DNA of 64,000 nt, from NCBI GenBank assembly GCA_951406725.2, contig OX597825.1:79856001-79920000 (forward strand), in the 5' to 3' direction. Position numbers and translations under genes: made by a program. This DNA comes from Octopus vulgaris. Its lineage: Eukaryota. The notes under the pieces are model-generated. The model did no database searches and was not told the DNA's origin. It saw only the letters and a list, made by a program, of their open reading frames with translations. Every line of letters starts with the position of its first letter. Positions within the stretch are counted from its first letter, which is position 1. Of the stretch, positions 24,851 through 37,627 are shown in pieces.

Positions 24851-25376
24851 ATCATCATCATCGTTTAACGTCCACTTTCCATGCTGGCATGGGTTGGATG
24901 GTTTGACTGAGCACTGGCAAGTCAGGAGGCTGCATCAGTCTCCAGTCTGATCAGGCACTAAGAATAAAGGAAAGGTGAAATTACTTCCTGCTTTTATAGC
25001 AAGTTGATGCAGGTAGTTTATCCTGTCCCTCTCTGACTTAGTTCATACAACTGAAAAAAAACAGCATTATTTATGGATGACCCAATATTTGAAAAAATGA
25101 ATAGGAATGGCTTTTCTGATCATTTTCCCACTTTAATAATTAGATTCTTTTATTTTTTTACTCTGTTACTTGTTTCAGTCATTTGACTATGGCCATGCTG
25201 GAGAATCAGCTTTTAGTTGAAGAAATTGACTCCTGGAATTTTTCTTTGTAAGCTTGGTTCTTATTCTGTTGGTCTCTTCTGCCAACCTGCCAGGTTATAC
25301 GGATGTAAATGCACAACAACAGTTGTCAAGCGATGGTGGTGGGAACAAACACACATACATATATATATATACATAT

Positions 25377-25534
25377 ATTTTCCTTTAAAAATGATTTTAT
25401 TCTTTTCTTTTTTCTTTCTTTTTCTTGCAGTCATCTTTAAAATCCTTGTATATAGCACATGCACATACACACAAAGAGGCATAATAATTGTAAGATTAAT
25501 ATGCTCAACAACAAAGATCAATATTATCAGTTCA
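25377..25534 (+). repeat. Copy of intron-3 sequence 27395-27602 inserted in a SINE microsatellite
   Basis: attttcctttaaaaatg...attatcagttca shared; the CA-rich middle is shorter here. Confidence 0.9.
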
Positions 25535-25544
25535 TATATACATA

Positions 25545-25597
<53 letters not shown>

Positions 25598-25604
25598 ATG
25601 TATA

Positions 25605-26471
25605 TCATCATCATCATCATCATCGTTTAACGTCCGTTTTCCGCACTAGCATGGGTTTGACTGTTCGAACGGGGTCTGGGAAGCCAGGGGCTGCACCAGG
25701 CTCCAGTCTGATCTGGCAGTGTTTCTACAGCTGGATGCCCTTCCTAATGCCAACCACTCTGGAAGTGTAGTGGGTGCTTTTTATGTGCCACCGGCACAGG
25801 TATCACAACTACTATTTCCGTTGATATTTATTTCGATGTCCATGTACTTGACTCAATAGGTCTCCTCAAGCACAGCGGGGTGTTCTGAAATCCAAGGTAC
25901 TTTGAATGGGCAGGGGCTATGTGGACAGGTGCAGGAAACAGGCCGGGTTTTGCAGTCACAGCATATCTCCAGAGATCTCGGTCCTTCGTCATTGCCTCTT
26001 TGAGGCCCAACGCTCTGAGGTCATGCTTGACTACCTCAGCCCATGTCTTCCTGGGACTACCTCTCCCCCTGATACCTTCAACTGTTTGGGAGCGGCACTT
26101 TTTCACACATCTCTCATCCATCCGCAGTACATGACCCTACCATCGCAAGCGTCGATCTTGCACACAACATCTGATGCTTCTTATGTCCAGCATTTTTCTC
26201 AGGGTGCTTACCCTCTGTCTTGCACGCTCTCTGACAATACACATCCAGCGGATCATGCTAGCTTCATTTCTTTTAAGTCTACGCATGTCCTCTGCAGTCA
26301 CAGCCCATGTTGCACTACTGTCAAGCATGGCAGTTTGCACACATGCATCATACAATCTACCTTTCACTCTGAGCGAGAGACCTTTTGTCACCAGTAGGGG
26401 TAGGAGCTTTCTAAACTTTTCCCAGGCTATTCGTATTCTAGTGGTGACACTCTCTGAGCATTCACCTCCAC

Positions 26472-26475
<4 letters not shown>
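25605..26475 (-). mobile_element. RTE LINE 3' fragment nested in a SINE
   Basis: KGLSLRVKGRLYDACVQTAML, RRLRW, GIRGRGSPRKTW; (GAT)n tail. Confidence 0.9.
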
Positions 26476-26515
<40 letters not shown>

Positions 26516-27013
26516 GACGGAATTATTCCAGTTTTTGTCTACCAGATCCATAAACAAACATTTGGTCAGCCCTCGGCTATAGTAGAAGACACTTTCCCCG
26601 GGTGCCACACAGTGGGACTGAACCCAGAACCATGTGGTTGGGAAGCAACCTTCTTACCACATAGCCACACCTGCGCCTAAAATTATAGGGAGGCTTCTAT
26701 GACCAGATAATGATAAAAGTGGTTTTCAAACTGTTATTTTAGAGTTTGTTATTCACTGTTTAAATAGGGAATGTTTAATTACAAACATACACACATACAT
26801 ACAAACACTAACCAACTCCGGACATATATATACATACATAAACATATATATAGAGAGATGTAGATGCACATACATATACATGCATAACAATGTACACACG
26901 CACACAAAAATATAGGACCTTACATAAACATAGACATAGAGAAACATTAACACACATATACGTATATTCATGCATGTGTGTGTGTATAAATACTTATACA
27001 TGAGTACACACAT

Positions 27014-27044
<31 letters not shown>

Positions 27045-27301
27045 TATGTATACATATTCATATATGAATGTGTGCACGTGTGTGTACACAGCTTCAAAGC
27101 AATCTTGGATTGAGAAACATAATACAAGCTGTACACTATAAAAGTTTTACTGTCATTGTCATGAATAACCTCATGATCATGATGATGATAATGATGATGA
27201 TCATCATCGTGATAGTCATCATGATCACCATTGTTATCATCATCATCAAATTATTTTAAATATTGCTCTGTTGTTAACTTTGCTGAATCATTCTGTTTTA
27301 G

Positions 27302-27389
27302 GCATTTGTTCAAAATCACCATCTTCATGAAATGTATGTTGCTAAGTGCCAGGCAGATTGTTCAACAGTTGATTCTGAATTAGAAAGAT
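27302..27389 (+). CDS. Gene B exon 3 (domain 1 C-part): AFVQNHHLHEMYVAKCQADCSTVDSELER
   Basis: ttctgttttag acceptor, gat|gtaaga donor; phase 0 to 1 bridges exons 2 and 4 (t+gg = Trp). Confidence 0.8.
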
Positions 27390-29339
27390 GTAAGATTTTC
27401 CTTTAAAAATGATTTTATTCTTTTCTTTTTTCTTTCTTTTTCTTGCATTCATCTTTAAAATCCATGTATACAGCACACACACATACACACACACACACAC
27501 ACACAGACCACATCCCTCCACACCCCACACACCCACACCCAAAGAAGCATAATAATTGTAAGATTAATATGCTCAACAACAAAGATCAATATTATCAGTT
27601 CAAATTTTATTGTTGCTATTCAATCCCTAGGAAAGACACATTATTCTACATTTAGTGGTTCAATCCACAGTTGTGTAGTCAGCAGAAGAAAGAAAAACAG
27701 CAGTAAAATCAATATCTCCAGTCAATCACATGTCATTAGTGAAATTTTCGACAACTTTTCCAATCAATGTTGACACATGAAAATGGATATAAAAAGATTG
27801 TTCTGAGTTTAAAACATTGTATAATCTAAGGGTTGATACACTACCTGATGCATACAAACAATTCTTAATTAATTGAAATTTCCTTTTTATGTAGGGGGAA
27901 GAAAATGAAAATCTAGTTGCAATTGTTGGCAACTCTCAAGGAAAAGGGGAGATCATTTTTTAAAATTTAGAATTAATTTTTCAAAGTAATTTGCAGGTGA
28001 GAAGTGCAACGATGAGTGTTCTGTCTGTTAGGCATCGGTATAGCTTAGTTACTCCAAGTTACAATGTTTTTAATATGTAAAAACAGTTACAAATAATTTT
28101 AGGCTGGTATATTTTCTATAATTAAATAAAAAATATGAGCTAAGGTTGATAACACAAATGGACCCATGGCATGGATTTATATAAAATAAATTATAAAGAT
28201 GATATACTGAATTTCATGTAGAATATTCTAAATTAAGTGAAAATTTCACACTAAACTGAAGAGAAAATAAAATTCTATAGTAATTGTTAATAACATTCAA
28301 AGAAAAGGTGAAATAATTTCAAAAAATTAGATGAATACTCAAAGTTAATGTACATAATATAGGAGCACCTCATCCAAAATTGAAACAAAGGATAACTATG
28401 GGCATATTTCAGTCTATTAGACCTCATCAGCATAGAATAGTTTACTCTAGCCTGATTAACCAGTTGACAGAAGTTAATTTTTTAATTCATAAATTACAAT
28501 GGTTAAAATTATTTAAAACTATTTTCTCTATATTAGAAGAAAGACCTAAAGAACAGATTAGTCTGTAGACATTATCATTTTGACTGTCCAGGTAATTTAA
28601 TGCTTCCATATTTCTGCACAACTTATCCTTCTCATATGCTTTATTTTTATTTCCAGTCTTTTTTTATTATTTAATGTTGCACAAGAAATTCCTGTTTAAT
28701 GGAAACCTTTTTGAGTAAATGTTAGCATTCTACTCTATAAAAATCTTCTGCATTCACCACCCATGTTTCAATACAATGAGGCAGTGTTTCACAAAGTAGG
28801 TGATACTGACCTTGAAGTGTGTGAAAATTTATATGGCCACTGGGGCAAGGGGACAATAGGAAGGAGCAATAGATACATCTTTACAGTTTTTTTAATCTTT
28901 GTTTCATATTTAAATATTAAATCTTAAAATAATTTTAGATATGTAATTATTAGAAACTACTTGTTGTTCACAATCATAATGATGACAATAACAAGAACAA
29001 ATCAACGATATTAAAAGACTATGAAATTAAATGAATAATTAAACAAAACTGATTATATACTATCTATGGCATGAAATTTATAAACAGTAAACTTAAATTC
29101 AATTTAAAAGATATTGTCAAAATTTTGAGTATTTCCATACATGAAATAAAGACAGCTACTGCACTTGTAGCAATATGTAATGCCCTGGCTGTTTGTTAAT
29201 CACATGATTTATTCACATCTATAACTAGACATATTTAAACTTGCATGTTGCTGGGAAAACAGCATATGTGCTTGTGAATATATAGAAACTATTACTAGAA
29301 ACTGGTAGCTACATCAGTATATATGTGACATAATGAATA

Positions 29340-29715
29340 AGAACAAACAATAACTCTGAGCACCTTTTCAAACTCCACCTGTCTAATACCTGTGGACATA
29401 TTTACAAAGTCAGAAAACAGCACAGCTCCCATGACTTCAGGAAACATTTTTTCACGCTGAGAGTTGCTGAAGCATGGAACAAACTGCCAGCATCAGTTGT
29501 TAGTTGTCAGAGCACTGCATCCTTCAAAACTTCCATGCTATCTGATATTTGCCAACACTACACCTGATTTTCTGCCCTCCATACACACACAAGCATGTAT
29601 CTGACTCATACATTGTTCACTTTCCAGACATTTTTACATTACTGCATGTACTTTATATGCACTTTCTGACAAGTTGCAGTGCACCTGAGCACTGTATACA
29701 ATAATTTCATTATTT
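29340..29715 (+). mobile_element. CR1 LINE 3' end
   Basis: FFTLRVAEAWNKLPASVV; tail gcacctgagcactgtatacaataatttcattatt, repeated at ~37460-37495. Confidence 0.75.
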
Positions 29716-29979
29716 TATATTATACAAGTGTGACTGAAGTGATGTACTAAAAGTTCAAGTAATCACCTTTGACCATAAATCTATTTGGAGCTTTATTAGT
29801 CTAGCTTAATATTAAGTATATGTACATTAAAGATGGGGTGGTTAAATCTTAGCAAGAGAGCATTGAATCATACCAAGGGGTATGATGAAGTGTTAATGAA
29901 AGAAAAGGGGTTACGGTTTAATAAAATTTGGGAAGACCTGTTATAAGACATTAACATTCTTTACATATATAGTTCACCA

Positions 29980-31645
29980 TTCATCATCATCATCATCATT
30001 GTTTAATGACCACTTTCTATGCTGGCATGTGTTAGACGATTTGACTGAGGATTTGTGAGCTGGATGGCTACACCCGGCTGCAATCTGATCTGACAGAATT
30101 TCAACAGCTGGATGCCGTTCCTAATGCCAGCCACTCCAAGAGTGTAGTGGGTGCTTTTATGTGCCACCAGCATGAGGGTGAGTCAGGTGGTACTGACAAT
30201 GGCCAGGCTCAAATGGTGTTTATTACGTGTCACATGCACAGGAGCCAGTCCAGTGGCACTGGCAACGACCTCGCTTGAATATTGCTTTTCACGTGCCACC
30301 GGCACAAGTACCAGTAAGGCAATGCTGGTAACGATCACGCTCAAATGCTGCTTTTTACGTGCCACCGGCATGGGAGCCAGTCAGCAGCCCTGACAACGAT
30401 CATGCTCGGATGGTGCTCTTAGCGCTCCACTAGCATGGAGGCCAGTCATGTGGTGCTGTCATCAAATTTGATTTTGATTTTACTTGCCTCAACAGGTCTT
30501 CACAAGCACAGTTTAGTGTCCAATGAAGGAAAGGTATGCATAAGTGGGCTGGTTACACTCCTGGCATAAGCCACAGGTTATGGTCTCACTTGGCTTGCTG
30601 GTTCTTCTCAAGCACAGTATATTTCCAAAGGTCTCAGTCACTAGTCATTACCTCTGTGAAACCTAATGTTCAAATGTCATGCTTCACCACCTCATCCCAG
30701 GTCTTCTTGGGTTTGCCTCTTCCACAGGTTCCCTCAAATGCTAGGGTGTGGCATTTTTCACACAGCTATCTTCATCCATTCTCACCATATGACCATACCA
30801 GTGCAGTCGTCTCTCTTGCATGCCACATCTGATGCTTCTTAGGTCCAACTTTTCTCTCAAGGCACTTACACTCTGTTGAGTATGTACATTGACATTACAC
30901 ATCAATCGGACCGCACTGGCTTCATTTCTTACAAGCTTATGCATATCCTCAGCAGTCACAGCCCATGTTTCACTGCCGTGAAGCATCTCTGTTTGTAAAC
31001 ATGCGTCATACAGTCCACCTTTTACTCTGAGCGAGAGGCCCTTTGTCACCAGCAGAGGTAGGATCTCTCTGAACTTTGCTCAGGCTATTCTTATTCTAGC
31101 AGCTACACTTTCAGAGCACCCACCCCCACTACTGACTTGGTCACCTAGGTAATGGAAGCTATCAACTACTTCTAGTTTTTCTCCCTGGAATGTGGCAGAA
31201 GTTGTTCTCTGCACATTTTCAGGGTTTATTGCTCCTGAGCATCTGCCACATACAAAAACTATCTTCCCAGTTAGCCTTCCTTTGATGTTGCTGCACTTCT
31301 TATGTATCCATAGCTTACACTGGGTACATCTTATAGAGTTTCTACCTATGCCTTTACTACAGATCAAGCAGGGCCATCTACCTGAAGGGATTTGTGGTTT
31401 GTCTGCCTTCCTACTTATTAGGACTTTGGTTTTAGCTAGGTTGACTCTAAAGCCCTTCGATTCTAATCCTTGCTTCCACACCTGAAACTGGTCCTCTAGT
31501 TCTGATAGAAACTCAGCAATTAGAGCAAGGTCATTAGCACAGAGGAGCTCCCAGGTGCATCCTGTCTTGAGTTTCTCTGTTATTGCCTGGAAGACTATGA
31601 TAAATAGGAGGGGGCTGAGGACTGAACCTTGGTGGACCCATCCTT
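29980..31645 (-). mobile_element. RTE LINE (RT C-terminal part plus internally repetitive 3' UTR)
   Basis: VHQGSVLSPLLF, LLCANDL (YADD decayed), GRWPC..C..C..WIHKKC, LHGSETW. Confidence 0.93.
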
Positions 31646-31835
31646 TGAGCATTTTCCACATGAAAAGAAGTGTCCTAATCTGTATTGGAAGAGCAGAGAA
31701 AGTAAATGGCTTTCAATCATATTCTAATAATTTCATTTTAAATCCGCTCTTCTTATAAAACAATTATTGTGTTATGATTATTAATTTTGAAATGTTGTTT
31801 TCACTGATGGGCAAATTTGTTCTGTTACTTTCTAG

Positions 31836-32041
31836 GGGTACACTGGAAAATGTCAGTTATACATAGTAAGATGTATGACAATGATGAATATTCTTTTGAA
31901 ATAAAGCCTTATGGTAAAAACTACTTAAAGTTTAGAGCAAATTATAAAACAACACATGCACCGTTCTTTCTCCCAACGGAAATGAATACAAAGTCAAGAT
32001 TAGAGTTATCGACAACAGGAAAATTTTGGCTGGACAAGACT
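31836..32041 (+). CDS. Gene B exon 4 (domain 2 N-part): VHWKMSVIH...GKFWLDKT
   Basis: ttactttctag acceptor, act|gtgagt donor, phase 1 to 0, open. Confidence 0.87.
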
Positions 32042-32967
32042 GTGAGTAAACCCTATATTAATTATTGAATTAGTTAGTTATTCAATTAGAAAAGAGTATA
32101 ACTGCTTGACTCAACTCCAATATACTACTTGTTTTCAACGTGACAGACTGGTAGAATCATTTGCTGTTTAGTGGCATTTCATCCATCTTTACATTCAGAA
32201 TACAAATTCTGTCTTTCATTCTTTCAGTGTCAGAAATACCATTTAAACACTGGGGTTCAATGTCTCAACTTATCCCCTCCCACAAACTTACTCAACTTGT
32301 TCCAAAATTTGAAACCAATTTATTACTTGTTTTTAGGGTTTCTGGATTTGAGTAAATAAAATAAGTTACATACATGTATGCCCACACATAATTCAGTAAA
32401 ACGCACTGCTGTGCATTGATGATTATTCTTTCCTCTTCTAGAAAGCAGATAGTTTGGATGAATGACTTAACATCACTGTTCTGTGTTCACTTCATGCCAG
32501 GCCTAAGTTTACCATTTATCCTTTTTGCTGTTTATTCTGTGTTATGAAAGATGCTACTGGAACTATCTGTTCCCTATCCTACCTACAATGACCTCATCCT
32601 TCCTAACAGTCAACATTTTTCTTTCTTCTCTTTACCTAACTGTCACTTAGTGTTTTCTCTATTTCTACATTCAGTTCTACATGAATTTATGATTTAGAAT
32701 AGAATAATATTTTCAAGATGAATATACTAAGATGACAAGACCAGTTTCCTTCTCTGCTACCATCATCTGTTGCTCAGCTGCTGAAAACATGGCCTTGTTG
32801 ACTATTTATAAAGCTATCAATATTTGTAGAGATAGAATTGCTGAGTGGATGGATAAGTTAATTATTTCTCATCTGTTTAATTACTGGATCCAGAACAAAA
32901 TGACACCTGTCTAAACCTATATAATTCCTGGAGATATTAATTTTGTTGTTTTTTTCTTTTACTTTAG

Positions 32968-33061
32968 ATCAAACTGAAAAACATGGAAACTTCCAAAATA
33001 TATTCCTGTATTTATCTTCTTAAACAAAGTAATCCTTACCATGAGTGTTCATTGAGAAGTG
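32968..33061 (+). CDS. Gene B exon 5 (domain 2 C-part): IKLKNMETSKIYSCIYLLKQSNPYHECSLRS
   Basis: Long polypyrimidine acceptor, gtg|gtaagt donor, 94 nt, phase 0 to 1. Confidence 0.88.
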
Positions 33062-33867
33062 GTAAGTTGATAGAAGGCATTTCTTATGTCACTTCATTAG
33101 AAACTATGAAGTAGTTCTACCTTGCTGCCTGTGTGGCTTTTACAAGTTGTTAATGATAAAAAAAAGAGAGTGAGCAAGGTGAATTCTAAATGATTCATGC
33201 TGCTGTGTTGATTTACCATCAACAGTTAATCTTCCAAACTCCAAAACCAGATTCCAACTGAAAGATGTAAAACTAAACAATATTTCATAGCTCTACATTG
33301 AGATTCTGTCATATATCCAGTTATAGTTGTCGGTGGTGATGGTAGTGGCAACGGCATTTTGATGTTCACTTTGCCATGCCTGCTTGAATCAGAAGAGAAT
33401 TCATTAATTAGATGTTTTTTGGATGGATGCTCTTCCTGTCACCAACCCTTACATGTTTCCAAATATTGTAATATTTCATTATGGTCAGTATATAATTTGT
33501 GGAAGGTTTGATACAAAGGACACAGCTTGCATGATGGTGATGCTCATTTTACAACTACTGTATGATGTTAAGGGGACAAAACTACCATCGTGTGTGTGTG
33601 TGCATGTGTATGCGAGTGATTTCAGTTTCTGTCTTTTAAATCCAGGGGCAATAGTGGAAGACACTTGCCTGTGATGCTATGCAGATAGCCTTCCTCAAAT
33701 CTGAAATATTTTAGATAATAATACTATAACTGAGAGTATTGACCTGAACTATTTCTGTTTCATCTCTGAACTCCATTATAACACATACAAACATTTTTCC
33801 AGCCAATTATTTTTGAAATCTATTTTTGAGAGGCAATGTCAGACAAAAAGAAAAGCTCTTTTGCTCC

Positions 33868-34683
33868 TGTGGTGTATGCGAGAGATTCGAAATAAAGGCA
33901 CCTACCTTCTCTTCGCTCAGATGGAGACCCTTCAGCGGTAATGGATCCTTCAACACAGCCCGATCCAAACGCTAGAAATAGCAGCTGCTTTTCCCAACCT
34001 TAACAACGGCGACCTCGATTGAAAGGCAGAATCCTGCCCTAACTACGCGCGCATCACTTCTGCCGCGTATTCGTCCACCTGTCCTCCCATCCATCTAATC
34101 GTACCCAGCTTAGCAAAAGCTGTGTACTCACACTCTCTGTAGGCATCCCTCAGACGTTGCTCTATCTTTTCCTCACTCAGACGTTCTTTCTCGTCCATCT
34201 CAAGATATAGCGTCAACGCGCTCCCTTCCAAATACAGCACCATAAGACTTGCCACATTGCTTATACCTTGCAGTCTTGCCACCAGCCTGATTTTACGCAT
34301 CCAGGTCACTACATCACCTTCACCATTAAAGGGTCTGATAATGTTGCTGGCGATCCTGATTTTCGCCGCCATTGTGGTGACGTCTTATATGGAGAGCCGA
34401 AATAGCTTGTGGTGTATGCGAGAGATTCGAAATAAAGGCACCTTCCTTCTCTTCGCTCAGATGGAGACCCTTCAGCGATAGTGGATCTTTCAACACAGCT
34501 CGACCCGAACGCTAGAAATAGCAGCTGCTTTTCCCAACCTTAACAACGTGCTGGCCTGTCTTACTCACTCAGCGACCTCGATCGAAAGGCAGAATCCTGC
34601 CCTACCTGCACACTCGTCACTGCTGCCCCTTCCGGTCAGCCCCAAGTTCCGGTCAGCTCCCCAGCTGCTGACGTCATCCCACA
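33868..34683 (-). mobile_element. Internally deleted Ty3/Gypsy-type LTR retrotransposon (5' LTR 34408-34683, gag 34372-34043, partial 3' LTR 33868-34041)
   Basis: TGT..ACA LTR ends, 5-bp TSD gctcc (33863-33867, 34684-34688), gag N-terminus IRPFNGEGDVVTWMRKIRLVARLQ..LYLEGSAL. Confidence 0.9.
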
Positions 34684-34914
34684 GCTCCTAAGGGCAACAT
34701 GGAACATTCTAAAATGTTTTGCTGGTGATCCTGATCTTGGAATTTTGCTCTTTATAGAAACCTTGTGTCTTTAGATACTCAATGAAAATTATCTTTTTAA
34801 TGCCCATTTTCATCCCTCAGCTTTGTCTCTCCAAGTGATTATTCTTATTGTAACAGGCAATTATGATTTGACTTATGAGGTATTCCTGCTGTTATCTTTT
34901 GACAGTTTCACTAT

Positions 34915-35820
34915 TTCTTGATTCACATACATAATGTACATACAACAAATTCTATATTTAAAATGTTTAGTCTCATTAGTAAACATTGTTGATGATAATT
35001 CTGTCTTATATAAATTATTCAACTCATTAAACATAACTCAACTTTAAATGTTACAGCTACCATTCCTTTATTTCTTAACCTTTTTAATACCAACTAGTCT
35101 GAAACAAACCCTAGTTCTATGATACAAATTCCTTGTTTTAAAGTGATTTTAACGACAACTACCATTTCTTTATTTTGTTATTTCTTGATTCATATACGTA
35201 ACATACATACAACAAATTCCTCCTCACCATCATCATTTAACATCCATTGTCCATGCTGGCATGAGTTGGACGGTTTGACCAGGGCTAGTAAGCTGGGAGG
35301 CTGCACCAGACTCCAGTCTAATTTGACATGGTTTCCTACAGATTGATGTCCATTTGAATGCCAAACACCCCAAGAGTGCAATGAGTGCTTTTATGTGCCA
35401 CTGGTATTAGTGTCATTTGCATAAAACCGGTACCTGCCATGACTGCGATTTTACTCAGTTTGATGGGTCTTCTTCTCAAGTAAGACATAATGCCAAAGGT
35501 CTTGGTCATTGCCACTGAAAGACCCAATACTCAAAAGGAACTCAGTCACTTTGCCTCCATGAAGCACAACACTCAAAAAGAACTAGGCCAATTTGTCTCC
35601 ATGAGGCCTGTCATTTTGTATTATAAATGTTTAGTCTCATTAGTAAAGATTGATGATAATTCTTTCTTTTATTACTTATTCAACTCATTAAATATAAGTA
35701 CAAATATTACAACTACCATTCCTTTATTTCTTAACCCATTCTATACCAAACAACCTGAAACAAACACTAGTTCTATGATACAAATTCCTTGTCTTAAAGT
35801 GACCTTAATGACAACCTTTC
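34915..35820. repeat. ~270-bp local tandem duplication interrupted by an RTE tail
   Basis: 34916-34952 matches 35182-35219; 34960-35160 matches 35625-35815. Confidence 0.7.
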
Positions 35821-36112
35821 ATTAAAATTCCATGTTAATTCATATTCCAAACATCAGCATAATAATGGCAAAGTTACTTAATAAATTCTTCATTATTGTC
35901 AAAATTAAATGAAATTAAACATATTTCAACAGAAACATGATGACACAAAGGTTAATGTTAAGAAAATCAGTCGTTTTCTGCTGACGAATAACTCAAATCT
36001 CTAAATGTCAAATAAGTCATCATTTTTCTTGCAGCACATTTCTTTTGTTAATGTATCACAGCTACTATTTAATTTTTTCATTGCTCTTTTCATTTTCTCC
36101 TTTCTTCTTTAG

Positions 36113-36345
36113 ATCTTGAGTGGAAAATAGAACTAAGCTCTCTATCCAAACTAATTAAAAATATAGAAGAAATAAAGATATCTGTTGGAGTGACTGGCAG
36201 TGGAACAAATTCTTCACAAAGTCTAACATTCAAAAAGTTAGCTTATCTCCCAACATTCTCTGCTTTTACTAATATAGGAAAAATAGGCATTGGTGAGGCT
36301 GAAATATACTTTAAAGACAGTAGCAAATCTTTTGACATATCCAAA
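36113..36345 (+). CDS. Gene B exon 6 (domain 3 N-part): LEWKIELSS...FKDSSKSFDISK
   Basis: tttcttctttag acceptor, aaa|gtaaga donor, phase 1 to 0, open. Confidence 0.88.
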
Positions 36346-36620
36346 GTAAGAATTTTCACCTTTTTGAATTCTGTGTTTGCTTTTTTATTTTAAGAAGACA
36401 GTAACAAATATTTTGACATATTCAAAGTAAGAATTTTCACCTTTTTGAATTCTGTGTTTGCTTTTATATTTTAAGAAGACAGTAGCAAATATTTTGACAT
36501 ATTCAAAGTAAGAATTTTCACCTTTTTGAATTCTGTGTTTGCTTTTATATTTTAAGAAGGCAGTAGCAAATATTTTGACATATTCAAAGTAAGAATTTTT
36601 ACCTTGAATTCTGTTTGCTA
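36311..36620 (+). repeat. 81-bp minisatellite x4 spanning the exon 6 / intron 6 junction
   Basis: gta(g/a)caaat at 36320, 36401, 36482, 36563; each unit carries aaa|gtaaga. Confidence 0.95.
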
Positions 36621-37507
36621 TTAAAGATTTATTTATTTATTTATTTATTTATTTACTGTCATTGTTATTGTTAAAGCCCTGATCAGTCTTGATTCAGTGG
36701 ACCTAGATTCAAATACATTCAACTATGACCACCATGTTTGTTTCCCAGATGTATGTACTCGTGACCTTTATTCAGTGTGTCCTTCTTTTCTAAGACAGTA
36801 CAACATCATCATTTAACGTCCATTATCCATGGTTTGGGTTGGATGGTTTGACCAGGGCTAGTAAGCTGTGGGACTGCACCAAACTCTAGTCTGATTTGGC
36901 ATGGTTTCTGCAGCTGGATAACCTTCATAACACCAACCAGCCAATGTGATTTAAAGGAGATTTGGCATTTATTTATAGACAGTCAACTAATCACATAGAG
37001 GCTTCCCTCATTAACTGGAGTAATTATTTTGTGTAGGTGTCAGTGTGTATGTGTTTGAGTATGTTTGTGTTTGTGTGTGTGTGTGTGTATGAAGATACAT
37101 AATCCTCATCATCATCATCATTATCACCACCACTATCATTGTTATCATCCTTTTATGACCTCTTTTGATGCTGGCATGGGTTGGATTGGTACACCACAGT
37201 CTGAGTAGGTTATTATTCACAATTAAATGTTCTCACTTTGCATATATATATATGTGTGTGTGTTCCTGAGTGTGTATGCATGTGTATATGTGTGTGTATG
37301 TGTGTGTATAATGACAAAAGTCCTCTCTCTCACGCAAATAAAATGAATGGACCAGACTCATAAAGTCAAAAACTGCTCTTCTATCAATGTAGACATTTGT
37401 GTTAATTTAAATATGTATTAAAACTAATCAGCTTGAAATTTTCTTTTATGATGGTGGTATACCTGAGCACTGTATACAATAATTTCATTATTATTATGAT
37501 TTTTCAG

Positions 37508-37601
37508 ATTGTCTTGACAAGAATACATACTAAAGAAGAATACGGTTGTGTTAACATACATAAGACAATCCCAGCTAAATATTCATGTAAACTACAGAAA
37601 A
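37508..37601 (+). CDS. Gene B exon 7 (domain 3 C-part): IVLTRIHTKEEYGCVNIHKTIPAKYSCKLQK
   Basis: ttttcag acceptor, aaa|gtaaga donor, 94 nt like exon 5 with the same YxC-x12-CxL spacing. Confidence 0.88.
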
Positions 37602-37627
37602 GTAAGATTTCATTGAACAACTAAATC

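Noticed and set aside
27997-28077. Candidate exon VRSATMSVLS..
   Set aside because: Plausible donors are phase 2, incompatible with exon 4
34396-34525. Tf1-type self-priming via gaaatagc shared by PBS and LTR
   Set aside because: The LTR copy is a direct repeat on the same strand, so it cannot pair with the PBS
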